DNA of 64,000 nt from Leucoraja erinacea. Lineage: Eukaryota. The stretch covers positions 24,986,001 through 25,050,000 of the forward strand of contig NC_073398.1 in the NCBI RefSeq assembly GCF_028641065.1, written 5' to 3'. This document shows positions 26,425-39,362 of the stretch, in pieces. Position 1 is the stretch's first letter; each line of letters opens with the position of its first letter. The notes below the pieces were generated by a model. That model saw only the letters and a program-made list of their open reading frames with translations. It was not told the DNA's origin and made no database searches. The position numbers were made by a program, and so were the translations under genes.

Positions 26425-26476
26425 CAAGACCGTCGGGTCCCATCAATGCGAGGGGAGGGGGCGGCGGCCTGCGGTG

Positions 26477-26510
<34 letters not shown>

Positions 26511-27292
26511 ACCAATTGATAGTATATCAATATTATTAATTCACTCCTTTTACCCCATGCCCCGCCCTATCCACACGCATAGCCCCCCAACACGCAGGCA
26601 CGGCTAGAGAGGGAGGGTGACACAGAGAGAGGCACAGAGGGGGCGTGAGGCACAGAGGGGGGTGGCCCTGACACTGCAAGCGGGCGGACGGCCAAAAACA
26701 GTGGAGGGCCAGCCAACAGTGTCTTCCCCGAGGGGAAGCCCACCCACCTGCGTGACAGATGATCGGACGGCGGTGACAGAGAGGAGGTCGGCCAGGTGGG
26801 ATCGGGATCACCAGCAAGGAAAAGGCGTCATGATTCCCCGAGCCCAGCAGCGGCACGGCGATAACGACCGCCGCCATGTTCTATAACTTCAAAGAGCCCA
26901 GCAGAGCACGCAGCACGACTTGAGCAGTAGTTTAAAAACGCTAAGTGACAAATTTAAAGAAGTGAAAGTTAAGAAGCCAAAAAGTACAGAAGACAAAACA
27001 GGGGTGATGTCACTTGCAGTGGCAGGCAGTCAGATCCATTGTGACTTCATCAGCGAGACCATTTTGTTTATTTTCTAAGTTATTTGACATTTTTGGCCAT
27101 TGTCATAAATAACTCGAGAAATAAGGCATGAAAATTTCAGATAAGGCGATTTTTGACATCACGGCGCAAATCTCTATCGGAATATGTAAAAATTTCACCA
27201 TTAGCGCATCGTGTTTTAGAGGAGATGTGAAATGCACAAGAACATCGTACAATACACACACATCCAAGATCAGAGTTTTATAAGTATAAAGA
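26425..27292 (-). mobile_element. Non-autonomous Helitron-like element
   Basis: Minus-strand 5' end A|TCTTTATACTTATAAAACTCTGATCTTG resembles the 52375 element; degenerate 3' gggaccc..cttg end. Confidence 0.5.
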
Positions 27293-27803
27293 TGTTTCTT
27301 CGAGGGCTAACCTATGGGATGGATTAGACACACTGTCTGAGCGATTAAAATAGAAATGTGGAAATAGAGGTGTGTATTTGATGGGAGAAAGCTTAGAAAT
27401 ACATTATATGATTTAATGGTGGTTTATAAGGGTCAAGTGGTCATTGTTTTTTTTTTAAAGAGAATATGATGATATAATTGGAGAAGACCACAACTACATC
27501 AGCTAAAATAGAGCTAAAATAAAAGGCACCGTTGCCTTTTTCCTTTGAGAAGAAGGGTTTAGGCCTGAAACGTTGCCTTTTTCCTTCACTCCATAGATGC
27601 TGCTGCACCCACTGAGTATCTCCAGCTTTTTCGTGTACCTTCGATTTTCCAGCATCTGCAGTTCCTTCTTAAACAGATAAAGGGCCTGTTTGCTTTGCAC
27701 GTTTCTATGTACGGAGCAGGCTTGGCAAAGTAGGGATCAATTTGTATTAAGAGTAGAAGTTTGAGTAAGTAATAAACATTTTATTAAAATGTTTGTGTTG
27801 CAG

Positions 27804-27874
27804 ATATGGAAGTTCTGTACTGGAAACACATGAAGGAAAGACTTGGTGCACAAAGGAAGTATCAGCAGAGGATG
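27804..27874 (+). CDS. NCAPH2: NCAPH2 coding exon 14
   Basis: DMEVLYWKHMKERLGAQRKYQQRM. Confidence 0.95.
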
Positions 27875-28826
27875 GTGAGTGAGTGCAAGTTATATCAGCA
27901 GAGAATAATCACTAGATGCTGTCAAATTCAGCAATATTTATTATTCTGGTTCCTCGTCTGGATCGGGGTGGTGGAGGATCATTTAACCAGAAACCTTGCG
28001 ATAATTCTCCGTCTCTGCTGTATAATCTGTTCACAGCTGTAATTGGAGGTACGACAATCTCTTTTGGTAATCCTTCCAGATATGGGCACATGGTTCAATT
28101 CAGACTCAAAAGCGGGATGTGTGATTTGGCTTATCAACAAAATTGCACATTTGCATATAATGGCTGTTGTCTCGAGGAGGTGATGCGGATATATGATCAG
28201 ATATGGCTTGGTTGGGGAGAAGGTAAATAAGACATGGCAGAGAGAAATGGTGATAGGATTAACAAAATAATCTTTTTGAATGATGCAGCAAGCAACGATG
28301 GGATGAATGACTTTTTTTCTGAGAAGGGAGGGGCAAGTCTTAAAGTGAGGCAGAGACCATCGTGAAAGTAGGTAAATGTTTTGGGGGAAGAGTGTGTTTC
28401 AAGGTGGGGGGGGGGGGGCGCAAGGGAAATACTTGGCCCGCTCTATCCTTGATGTTGGATGCATTATTAGGAGGGTGTCAGAGTTGTGCATGGTTCAAGG
28501 TGTCGCATGTGGCTCGGGGCCTTTCGTGTGCATGGACTGATCTTTCACAGGCAGGTGAAATTTGTTCCATGTTCAGAGATCTATGAATTAATTTTCTGGA
28601 ATTGTGTCGACCATTAGATGGATGAAATGACGAGTAAGTTCTGTTCGGTTTATGGGTTGCTAATGAGTAATTTAGGTGGTTTGTATGCGGGGGAGTCTGA
28701 GACGGAATTGGAAAATATAGATTCTGATTCTATGGTCCCTAATGCATTTGCAGATGCATTCCGGTTTGTGTCAGTGCTCCTGCTGTTGGTGTTTATCATT
28801 ATGTTAATGAAGTCTTTCCTCTGCAG

Positions 28827-28944
28827 ATTGCTCTACGTGGGCGGGTAATAGAAGAGTTAGAAATTGAAGCAGGGGATGTGGAAGAAGAATTAAATGACTT
28901 GCAGGATCAAGCCGAAGACCATCTGGATTACGAGGGAATAGAAG
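28827..28944 (+). CDS. NCAPH2: NCAPH2 coding exon 15
   Basis: Acidic IALRGRVIEELEIEAGDVEEELNDLQDQAEDHLDYEGIE; ctgcag|...G|gtaatt. Confidence 0.8.
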
Positions 28945-29432
28945 GTAATTGAAGAGAAGGGGTTTCACACTATTCTTGATACTTGGTGCTGAGTAAGCGC
29001 TGTAAGATAATTTTCTTTCATTCAAACAAATACAAAAACTCATGAGAATTGACCATGGGCATCCTTCTCTAGCCCTTTGCCATTAGACTTGGGTTTATTG
29101 TTAGGTGTACTGAGATACAGTGAAATGCTTTGTTTTGCATGTTATCCAAACAGACCATGTGTATGATGCATTAATACCATCAAGTCAAACTCATGAACAA
29201 TTGGCACAGGAAAGGGTGCAGAGTGCTGAATCTAGTTCTTAGTATTGTGACGCAATAGTCCCATCGACAAAAGTCCAATGTCCGCAAGCGGGTAGAGGTG
29301 AATCTGTCAGTACCCCAGCTTACGCAAGAACAGTTCAGAAGCCAAAGAAAACAGGAAGAAGTTGTGGCTGAATATGGTGGTGTGCACGATCAATCGTCTG
29401 TACGTTCTGCCAGATAGGAGCTGGGAAGTGCA

Positions 29433-31111
29433 CAGTGCCCTCCATAATGTTTGGGACAAAGACCCATCATTTATTTATTTGCCTCTGCACTCCACAATCT
29501 AAGGTTTGTAATAGAAAAAAAATCACATGTGGTTAAAGTGCACGTTGTCAGATTTTAATAAAGGCCATTTTTATATATTTTGGTTTCACCATGTAGAAAT
29601 TACAGCAGTGTTTATACATAGTCCCCCTATTTCAGGGCACCATAATGTTTGGGACACGTGGCTTCACAGGCGTCTGTAACTGCTCAGGTGTGTTTAATTG
29701 CTTCAATACAGGTAAAGAGGTATTGCAGGTATTGTTGAATATCCTTTGTATGTAATGACTGCTTGAAGTCTGCGATTCATGGACATCACCAGTTACTGGG
29801 TGTCTTCTCAGTGATGCTCTGTCAGGTCTGTATTGCAGCCATCGTTAGCTTATGCTTGTTTTGGGGCCTAGTCCCCTTCAGTTTTCTCTTCGGCATATAA
29901 ATGGCATGCTCAATTGGGTTCAGATCGGGCGATTAACCTGACCACTCAAGAATTGACCAATTTTTTAGCTTTGAAAAACTCCTTTGTTGCTTTGGCAGTA
30001 TGTTTTGAATCATTGTCTTGCTGTAGAATGAACCACCGGCCAATGAGTTTTGAGGCGTTTGTTTGAACTTGAGCTGATAGGATATGTCTATACACTTCAG
30101 AATTCATTATGCTACTACCATCAGCAGTTGTGTCATCAATGAAGATAAGTGAGCCAGTACCTTCAGCAGCCATACATGCCCAGGCCATAACACTCCCACC
30201 ACAGTGTTTCACAGATGAGGTGGTATGCTTTGTATCTTGGGCAGTTCTTTCTCGTCTCCATACTTTGCTCTTGCCATCACTCTGATTGATATAAGTTAAT
30301 CTTTGTCTCATCTGTCCACAAGACCTTTTTCCAGAACTGTGGTTGCTCTTTTCAGTACATCTTGGCAAACTGTAACTGTTTTGCGGCTAACCAGTGGTTT
30401 GCATCTTGTTGTGTATTTCTGTTCATGAAATCTTCTGCGGACAGTGGTCATTGACAAATCCACACCCGACTCTGGAAGAGTGTTTCTGATCTGTCGGATA
30501 GGTGTTTGGGGATTTTTTCTTTATTATAGAGAGAATTCTTCTGTCATCAGCTGTGGAGGTCTTCCTTGGCCAGCCAGTCCCTTTGCGATTAATAAGCTCA
30601 CCAGTGCTCTCTTTCTTCTTAATGATGTTCCAAACAGTTGATTTTGGTAAGGCTAAGGTTTGGATGATGTCTCTGACAATGCCATTCCTGTTTCTCAGTT
30701 TCATAATGGCTTCTTTGACTTTCATTGGCACAACTTTGATCCTCATGTTGATAAACAGCAATAACAGTTTCCAAAGGTGATGGAAAGACTGGAGGAAAGA
30801 CTAGGTGCTGAGAGCTTACTTATACTTGCATTAAGAAGGCATTAAAACACATCTGAGCAATTACAAACACCTGTGAAGCCATGTGTCCCAAACATTATGG
30901 TGCCCTGAAATACGGGGACTGTATAAACACAGCTGTAATTTCTACATGGTGAAACCAAAATGTATAAAAATACCCTTTAATAAAATCTGACAATGTGCAC
31001 TTTAACCACATGTGATTTTTTTTTTTTTTCCATTACAAATCCCAAATTGTGGAGTACAGAGACAAATAAATAAATGATGGGTCTTTGTCCCAAACATTAT
31101 GGAGGACACTG
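29433..31111 (-). mobile_element. Tc1/mariner IR/DR-type transposon, full length (~1.68 kb), transposase frameshifted
   Basis: Long TIRs CAGTGCCCTCCATAATGTTTGGGACA...; TA on the right, CA on the left; KSTVWNIIKK, VMAWACM, ILQQDNDSKHTAK motifs. Confidence 0.93.
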
Positions 31112-33074
31112 TAAGGTATAACTGGGATGGGACAGACTTTTGATTATGTTGACTCCTGACCACAGCCATAGCTTTCCCTTTCTCTCTGCCTCGTGACTTT
31201 GGCACTCCACTGCAGGTACCAGTTGGTTTGAATGAAATTCCAGAGTGGGACTGCCAGGGGCAGAATCTATCCTTGTATTTGTGATGTAATTGAACATTGA
31301 CTGTATCCTTGGCCCAATCAGCCAGTATGTGGGTTTCAGTTACTTTATAGAATGTGTGTAATCCACTGACATGAGTATGATGTTTATATCTCCTGTACCC
31401 TGATGAGGCTCTGACACAAACATCTCAAGATTAGGATGGCTTCTGATCTTTCCCAGTACTTGGTGCGTGGCTGCTATGATTCCATTAATGTAGAACAGAA
31501 AAATTAAAGCACAAGAACAGGCCCTATGACCCACAATGTTTGTGCAAAACATAATGCCAAGACATGATCTATATCCCTCCATTCCCAGCACGTGCCTATC
31601 TAGAAACCTCTTGAACGCCAATACCCTTGTTTGAACTAGGGAAAATTACTGTACAGTCTTGGTACCGTATTAAAATAGCACAAAATCTCTTCTCTTAGGA
31701 ACTTGTTACGGGCAATCACCACTCTCTGATTGTTAAAAAAAAAAAAAAAAACGCCCCACACATCTCCTTCAAACATGCTGGGGGGGGGGGGGGGGAATGT
31801 TCTGACTGTCCAACCTATCCTATACCTCTCATTTTGTATACTTCTATCAGATCTCCCCTTACCTTCCAGTGTTAAAAAAAACAACCAAAGTTTGCATAGC
31901 TATTACCCCCTAATTCAGGCAACATTCTGTTAACGGTTCCACTTTTTGACCAAAGTATTTTGCCTGTGCCTTGATGACCAGAATATTGCATTATGAGATA
32001 TGTCAGACAAGCAACGGGAAATTTAAGTTGGTGATCAATAAGCATAGACAAGATTCCAGCATCCGTAGTTCCTTTTGTCGTCTTGTAATGTTTTGACAAG
32101 ATAGAATTTCAATGTTCAGGCTGTAATCGAGCCATTAGTATGGTTAAAACCATACTGCCAATATCGTGCATGAACAATCGTTTCATATTTTGTATTCTGC
32201 TTTTTCAAACAACTTCATTCCTTGCATTTATGGTCGTGAAATTTCACATGTAAAGCGGAGTCTGTGAAGCTACTTCCCTTACCTTGAATTTGCATCTTCT
32301 TGCAGAGCAGAGGGAACCCACATTTTGACAACATTACACAATATATTGAGCAGCAGCAGGCAGTTTGGCCTTTTTGACCACCTCTATAATTTATTACAAT
32401 CATAACTAATCCTCTTAAAACCATGCTCCTGCTCTTACTACACTGCTTGGTGTCGTTTGTGAATGCAAATCTATCTGCCTGCTCCAATATATTCAGTGAC
32501 TGAGTAGGTGTTAGAAGCAGGTACTCTTTAAATATATATAAATAAATAAAATTAACAAGTATTTAATTGGGTACTTGAAACATCATGGCACAGACGGCTA
32601 CAGGTAGAGTGCTAGAAAGTATTAGAACAGATGGGTACTTGATGGCTGGCACAGGTGTGAGGGGCCAAAGGGCCTATTTCTAGGTTGCTTGACTTGTACA
32701 TGCTTCCTCCCACCCTCTGCTCCCTAACCGATGCCTGTCTCAGACTACTCGTACACACACTCAACGTTATTTTTCAAAAGCGATCTATTGAATTCGATTT
32801 GAATTGATCAACACTGTCCTAGGGAGCCTGTACCTTGGATTGACCATTTGCTCACTGAAGCGTTGCACTAGACAGTTTAATTTTGAATTTTCCCTCCCCA
32901 CTTTCATGTGCAGGCCGTATCAATGGTCTTCTGCTTAGACAAAGTGAAAGATTTTGAGGTCAATGCAGCAAACATGGAATTTTACTAAGAGTAAAGGGCT
33001 AATATTACAGTGTGAAAGAATATTATCAAGAATAACAAAATAGGTTATAGAATATTATCAAGAATAACAATGAC

Positions 33075-33585
33075 TAGGCCATTTCGCCCTTCGAGCCAGC
33101 ACCGCCATTCAACTCTCCCCATATCCCTTGATTCTGCTAGCTCTAAGAGCTCTAACTCTCTTTTGAAAGCATCCAGTGAATTGGCCTCCACTGCCTTCTG
33201 AGGCAGAAAATTCCTCAAATTCACAACTGAGAAAAAGTTTTTTCCTCATCTCAGTTTTAAATGGCCTAACCCTTATTCTTAAACTGTGGCCCCTGGTTCT
33301 GTACTCCCCCAACATCGGGAACATGTTTCCTGCATCTAGCGTGTCCAATCCCTTAATAATTTTATGTTTCCATAAGATCCCCTCACATCCTTCTAAATTC
33401 CAAAGCCAATTAACTTATAAACCTGTACATCTTTGGAAAATGGCAGTTAACCGGAGCACCTGGAGAAACCCCACATGGTCACAGGGAGAAGGTACAACCT
33501 ACGTTCAGACTGCACCCGTAGTCAGGATTGAACCCCGGTCTCTGGCGCTGTAAGGCAACAACTCTATCGCTGTGCCACCGTGCTG
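33075..33585 (-). mobile_element. CR1 3' end fused to a V-SINE 5' part
   Basis: LDAGNMFPMLGEYRTRGHSLRIR; then a V-SINE V-domain and tRNA head. Confidence 0.75.
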
Positions 33586-33666
33586 GTTCTTTATCGCGAT
33601 GATGGCTGAGTAAAATATACAGCTAGAAATCCCTCATGTTTCTGGCATGTGTTCCTTTTACTTTAG

Positions 33667-33729
33667 ATGACATTGATTTGGATCATGAAGCGATTGGACC
33701 TCAGGATAACCACAGCCCTATGAATCTGG
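33667..33729 (+). CDS. NCAPH2: NCAPH2 coding exon 16
   Basis: DDIDLDHEAIGPQDNHSPMNL; tttag|...G|gtaagc. Confidence 0.8.
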
Positions 33730-33931
33730 GTAAGCAGTAAAACTTGTGATCCAACTATATTGCAACCTTCTGTTCCTTCTCCCTGTAAATGGATAAATCT
33801 TCCTACACTCTGAAAACCATTTTTATTTCTGCCCTTCCCTCTATTTTCTGTGTAAACTTCCCACTGTAATTTAAAATGAACCTTTCTCCTTATAACTTCA
33901 GTTAGACATTAACAATTATAGCGGAGTGTGA

Positions 33932-33957
33932 AGATAGATAGATAGATAGATAGATAG
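33932..33957. repeat. (GATA)n microsatellite
   Basis: Direct observation. Confidence 0.9.
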
Positions 33958-34395
33958 AGAGAGACCCAGAGTTACAGGATAGAGGAGATTGTCAAAGTTC
34001 ATATCCACCTCACTGCCTGTCATTCTTGAATAAACTATTCCCCCATAGCCCAACTCCCTCATAACTAGGTGAACAATGTCTTTCACGGTAAACTTCTCTG
34101 CATCTATCCCTTATTCTGGGTAAACTTCTCCTTTTCCATAACTTAGGGTGAATCCTCTTTCCCACCGCTTTCCCTGTAACTTAAGTAAACTTTTTATACT
34201 CTCCCCTTTTTCCATCCCTATCACATCCTCCATCCCTATCACATCTTCAGGCACCAGCATATCTTCTCTGTAACTGAATGAACCTTCCCTGTGTAATTCT
34301 GGGTATGATTTATTTATCTTTTGATTAAGAGTTAATCTCTCATTCCTCTGAAGCCCTCTTTTGTCCATGATTAAATTTTCTATCTATCATTACAG

Positions 34396-34451
34396 ATCTT
34401 CTTGGAGAATCTGGAGGCGTGAGTTATGAAGAGCTTGTCAGAAGGAACGTG
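34396..34451 (+). CDS. NCAPH2: NCAPH2 coding exon 17
   Basis: DLLGESGGVSYEELVRRNV. Confidence 0.95.
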
Positions 34452-34929
34452 GTATGCAAACTTGCTGAAAATATTTACTTTGATATTTCTTTTAAATTTA
34501 ATATTCAGCGGGTTTATTTAAAATGCAGCTACCAGAAGTCAGCAGAAGATTTTTGAGGATGTTCATGTTTGGGTTCTGAATCGGTATATACTGTCAATAT
34601 TGATAAGAATTCAAATGCAGTATTTTCAGACAGATATTTGAGCTGTTCTAAGACCCAGAATTTTCAACATATGGTCTACAGCAGTAAATTGCAATAAGAT
34701 TCAATAGTTAAACATATGTTCATTTTTGGGAAGTTGGTATTGCTAGAAAGTTTTATTGCTTTATTGTTCATCCTTGACTGCCTGAGTGGCTGATAATGTA
34801 CTTTGTTCCCTGAAATGATATTAATATTGCACAACCACTTCTAGTCCAAATTCTACTCTATACCAGTGAAACATTTTTGTTTGAGGCAAAGGAGCAATAT
34901 ATCCCATGTCTTGTATTGCTGCAATTTTC

Positions 34930-35153
34930 ATATTTCACTTTGAACTTTTTTTGTATATCTTTCATTCATTGTTCTTTAATTCTCCACATCACCGTCTATA
35001 TCTCTCGTTTCCCTTATCCCTAACCAGTCTGAAGAAGGGTCTCGACCCGAAACGTTACCCATTCCTTCTCTCCAGAGACGCTGCCTGTCCCGCAGAGTTA
35101 CTTCAGCTTTTTGTGTTTTTGGTTTAAAGCAGCATCTATAGTTCATTCTTACA
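34930..35153 (+). mobile_element. Penelope-like terminal repeat with intact hammerhead-like core (35029-35056)
   Basis: CTGAAGA-A-GGGT CTCG ACCC-GAAA-CGTT. Confidence 0.75.
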
Positions 35154-36075
35154 CAGTGCTATTCTCTTGCTCTTCAACCAGGTGCTGCCTGTGGCAGAGT
35201 TCCTCCTGCGGGTTTTTGTTGTTCTCTTTTGCTGATTGGATGACTTCCTTATGAAATATCTGTGTATTGTCCTCAAGCACGACTTTGAGCTTCTAGGTGC
35301 CTGCCGATTTTGAACTCTATCTCACTCCCACTCAAAAGCCCTCTGCCTCCTACACTGTTCCATCGAAGCTTGAGGATCAACACCTCCCTTCCAGCCAATT
35401 CTAGATTTGAAATTGTATTCAGTAATTTCATATTTCTACCGGTATCTCGTAAGTCGTTTAGACAATTTCGGGTAATTATTCTGCCTTCCCTATTTACAAC
35501 TCGTACGAGCTTTTGTTTCCTTATTTGATCAGCTATCACTATTTCATGTTGCACTCGGCTTCCTTTTTTAATTTAATCTCTCCACATTTCTGTCCACTGT
35601 ATACATTCCTTTTTTAAATGTTCTTGATTCCCCTCTGTCCTGACGTTTCTCTGCAGCTTAGCTCTTGTTCTATCCTTCAAAAAATTAAATGAATCTAATA
35701 TTAGCTGTCTTTGTATTCAAAGATCCTGCCTTTTATGCAGGGAATTTCCATTCGTAGAGGAACAAAATCCTTCAGCCCACTGAGTTCACACTGACTATTA
35801 AGATCACATCTCTTTACACCAATAGAATTCAAACTCGTTTTATTTTCCCCAGTAATTTTTGGTGTTGATTCTTGCTGTAATGTTCTAGGCCAATGTTATC
35901 ACTACACTAGTAAATGCCCCTTGTAGTTCTCACAGAGTCGAATAGTTTACACTACTGTTTTAGTTGTTTCCATTTTGTATCCAAGGTCCTTATTTTCGCA
36001 AACCTTAATTTGTTCTGAAATTCCACTCAGAATGCTGGCTATTGGATTAAGCACTGATCTGTTCTTCTATTCCAG

Positions 36076-36177
36076 GAACTGTTTATTGCTAACTCCCAGC
36101 AGTATGCTCAAGAAACAGCTCTGTCCCTCCGTGTAAAGGACTGGGAGGATAAGATTGGTCCACGATTAGTGAAAGAA
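36076..36177 (+). CDS. NCAPH2: NCAPH2 coding exon 18
   Basis: [34 protein letters not shown]. Confidence 0.95.
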
Positions 36178-38094
36178 GTGAGTGTACCTTAAATTGGTTT
36201 AATGTAATGAGCAAATTTAAGGGGTTGATTGTATTGCTGAAAGTCTAGACCGGAGGCATGAACCCATTTCTAGTTAGCAGCATAATTTTCTGTTGGGTTT
36301 TCACTCCCTGCCCCCTCATATTTCTACATTACCATTGTGTAGTTCTACATAGGTTGCCAGTTCAGTAACTGGTAAAATGGGGAGAGGAGTCGGCAGGAAA
36401 TGAAGTATGTCTAAAAAGTAAAAATAATGGCGTGCGTTTGACTAACGTTTGAAATTATGGTTACAAATTAAGTGCAAGGATCTGCTGTGAAAATATCACC
36501 AGGTTAAATTAAAACAATTTTTGTAGATGGACATATATTGTCCACGAGTTTTTGTTTTGTTATTTGCGATGAAGGTTCTGATAAACTGTTGCCTGTAAAA
36601 ATATCTCTCAGGCTTGCTCAGATAAGTAGACCAATGTTGCATTTCTCCCAAGTGAACACAACAAGCTGCCAAATCTGTTTTCTAATGACACGATTAAGGG
36701 TCATTTTGTTTATTGGCCAAACTCCCAAGTTGGAGAAATAAGTATTTTCTGAGTTTGTTTGTGCACAAGGGTTTAAAATGTAAAACTTAAGCTGATTAAT
36801 TACGATGAATGACTAATTAAATCATAAATTTATTCTGGCAATTTTGAGGGTAGTGGTGGTGGGTGTTACGGAAAGAGTAAGACCTTGGCAGAATTGGAAA
36901 AAAATATTAATAAACCTTCAGAATGAGCATGTAATTGGGATATTAATTTGTATGCAGAAAAATGTGAAGAACCACATTTTGATTAGCAGCATAATAAGTT
37001 AAATAGTAACAAAAGGATAAGATTGACAAGAACAAATAAATAAGATAATGGAACACGATAAACTAACATTTGAAAATAAACAAGGTTTTATTTATGGGCT
37101 AGAACTGAAAAATAAATATATGCTAAACCTGTGTTAAGGATTGGTCATATTTGAAGAAATGGTCAGTCTTAAAAACTGGAGACACTAGAGGAGATGTGCC
37201 TTTAAAAAATAATGTACATGGCGAATTATAAAAATTCAGAAACTCAATGGAATAAAGATGAACAGGATGGGTGTCTCTTGAAAAGATGAGTCTTATTGGA
37301 GAAATTATGAATAGTTTTAATCAAAGACTTCAGAGAATTCCACACAGAACTAAAAGGCTTCAGTGTAAGGAAATCAAATAGAAAACATTAAACTTTTCCC
37401 TCGTGTTAAGAAAACAGAACTTTGGTCGGTTAGTTTAACATCTGTCATAGGGAAAATCATAGAAGCTTTATTAAATATGTTCTGGAGAGCACTCAGAAAA
37501 AATAATCAGGGTTAGTTGGCAAAGTTACTGAGATTTTGTGCAAGGGAAATAATGCCTCAATCTGAGTTCTTTGTGAAGAACTAATATATTGTTGGTAAAG
37601 GGGAACCACTGGATCTGTTAAAGTAAAATGCCATTTTTCTGGCAGTCAAAACTTTGGTGTCAGACAAGCGGATTCCTATATACGCTAAGCATTTTTAAAT
37701 TCACTTTTTAAAGATGTTACACAGTAGGAAAAAAATTCCAGTTAACCGTTTAAAAAAAAAAAAAAAAAAGTTGAGTAACAGACAGAGGTAAGTTTCAAGA
37801 CGGCACAGGAAATGGAACTGGGTGAGTTTATAAGGAGCCCAGGAAATGGAGCTCAGCTGTGTTAAAGGCATCCTGTGTGCCAGATGATGAACCTTCGGGA
37901 TTCCTAAATATTTAAAACAAATGAAAGGAATTTTATGGTATTTAGACATCCAGAAGATATTTAATAAAGTATCACATGAGAGGTTATTGCAGAAAATAAA
38001 AGCTCATGGTGTAGAAGGTAACAAAGGCTTGGATCGAAGATTGGCTGCCGAGCACAAACCAATGTAGACACGAGTCATTTTCCGGTTGTTAAAT

Positions 38095-38410
38095 TAGTTT
38101 AGTTTAGAGTTACAGCGCGGAAACAGGCCCTTTGGCCCACCAGATCCGTGCCGACCAGCGATCCCCGCACATTAACACGATCCTACACCCACTAGTGACA
38201 ATTTTTACATTCACCAAGCTAATTAACCTACAAACCTGTACGTCTTTGGAGTTTGGGAGGAAACCGAAGATCTCGGAGAAAACCCACGCAGGTCATGGGG
38301 AGAACGTACAAACTCCGTACAGACAGCGCCTGTGGTCGGGATTGAACTTGGGTCTCCGATGCTGCATTTGCTATGGCAACAACTATACCACTGCGCCACT
38401 GTGACCGCCC
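38095..38410 (-). mobile_element. V-SINE
   Basis: (tagtt)n tail, V-domain, tRNA head on the minus strand. Confidence 0.8.
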
Positions 38411-38462
38411 AATGTAATAAGTAGTGTACGTGTATACTGAAATAGGAGATGTGATCTCTACT

Positions 38463-39362
38463 GTTACACAGAAAAGCTGGAGAAACTCAGCGGGTGCAGC
38501 AGCATCTATGGAGCGAAGGAAATAGGCAACGTTTCGGGCCGAAACCCTTCTTCAGACTGATCAGGGGTGGGGGTGGGTGGGGACAAGAAAGGGAAAAGGA
38601 GGAGTAGCCGGAAGGCTGGAGGGTGGGAGGAGACAGCAGGGGAGCTGAGGAAGGGGAGGAGACAGCAAGGACTAACAGAGTTGGGAGAAGTCGATGTTCA
38701 TGCCCCCGGGATGCAGACTCCCCAAACGGAATATGAGGTGCTGTTCCTCCAATTTCCGGTGCTGCTCGCTGTGGCCATGAAGGAGACCCAGGACAGAGAG
38801 GTCGGAGATGGAGTGGGAGGGGGAGTTGAAGTGCTGAGCCACCGGGAGGTCAGCTTGGTTATTGCGGACCGAGCGGAGGTGTTCGGCGAAACGATCGCCC
38901 AACCTCCGCTTGGTCTCACCGATATAGATCTGCTGACATCTAGAGCAGCGGACGCAATAGATGAGGTTGGAAGAGATGCAGGTAAACCTCTGTCGCACCT
39001 GGAACGATTGCTTGGGTCCCTGAAAGGAGTTGAGGGGGGAGGTAAAGGGACAAGTGTTGCATCTGCTGCGGCCGCAAGGGAAAGTGCCCGGGGAGGGGGT
39101 GGACCGAGAGGGAAGGGAAGAATTGACAAGGGAGTTATGGAGGGAGCGGTCTTTGCGGAAGGCAGATATGGGGGGAGATGGGAAGATGTGGCCAGTAGTG
39201 GGGTCACGTTGGAGGTGGCGAAACTGACGGAGGATTATTTTTTGTATGTGATGGCTGGTGGGGTGAAAGGTGAGGACTAGGGGGACTCGGCCCTTGTTGC
39301 GAGTGCGGGGATGGGGAGAGAGAGCAGTGTTGCGGGGTATGGAAGAGACCCTGTGTTAACAC
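38463..39362 (-). mobile_element. 5'-truncated Penelope-like retroelement (GIY-YIG endonuclease + 3' terminal repeat)
   Basis: NLIYCVRCSRCQQIYIGETKRRLGDRFAEH...PGGMNIDF; 13-bp flanking duplication tgtgatctctact (38450, 39363). Confidence 0.9.

Noticed and set aside
28660-28770. Acidic ORF GGLYAGESETELENIDSD as a possible NCAPH2 exon 15
   Set aside because: The available AG acceptor gives a phase-0 frame with a stop; 28827-28944 has better splice sites and correct phase
33018-33070. Short local tandem duplications (also ~20130, ~26217, ~34211, ~43795)
   Set aside because: Ordinary slippage-type duplications with no further structure
38567-39280. 237-aa plus-strand ORF
   Set aside because: Antisense shadow of the Penelope GIY-YIG coding strand
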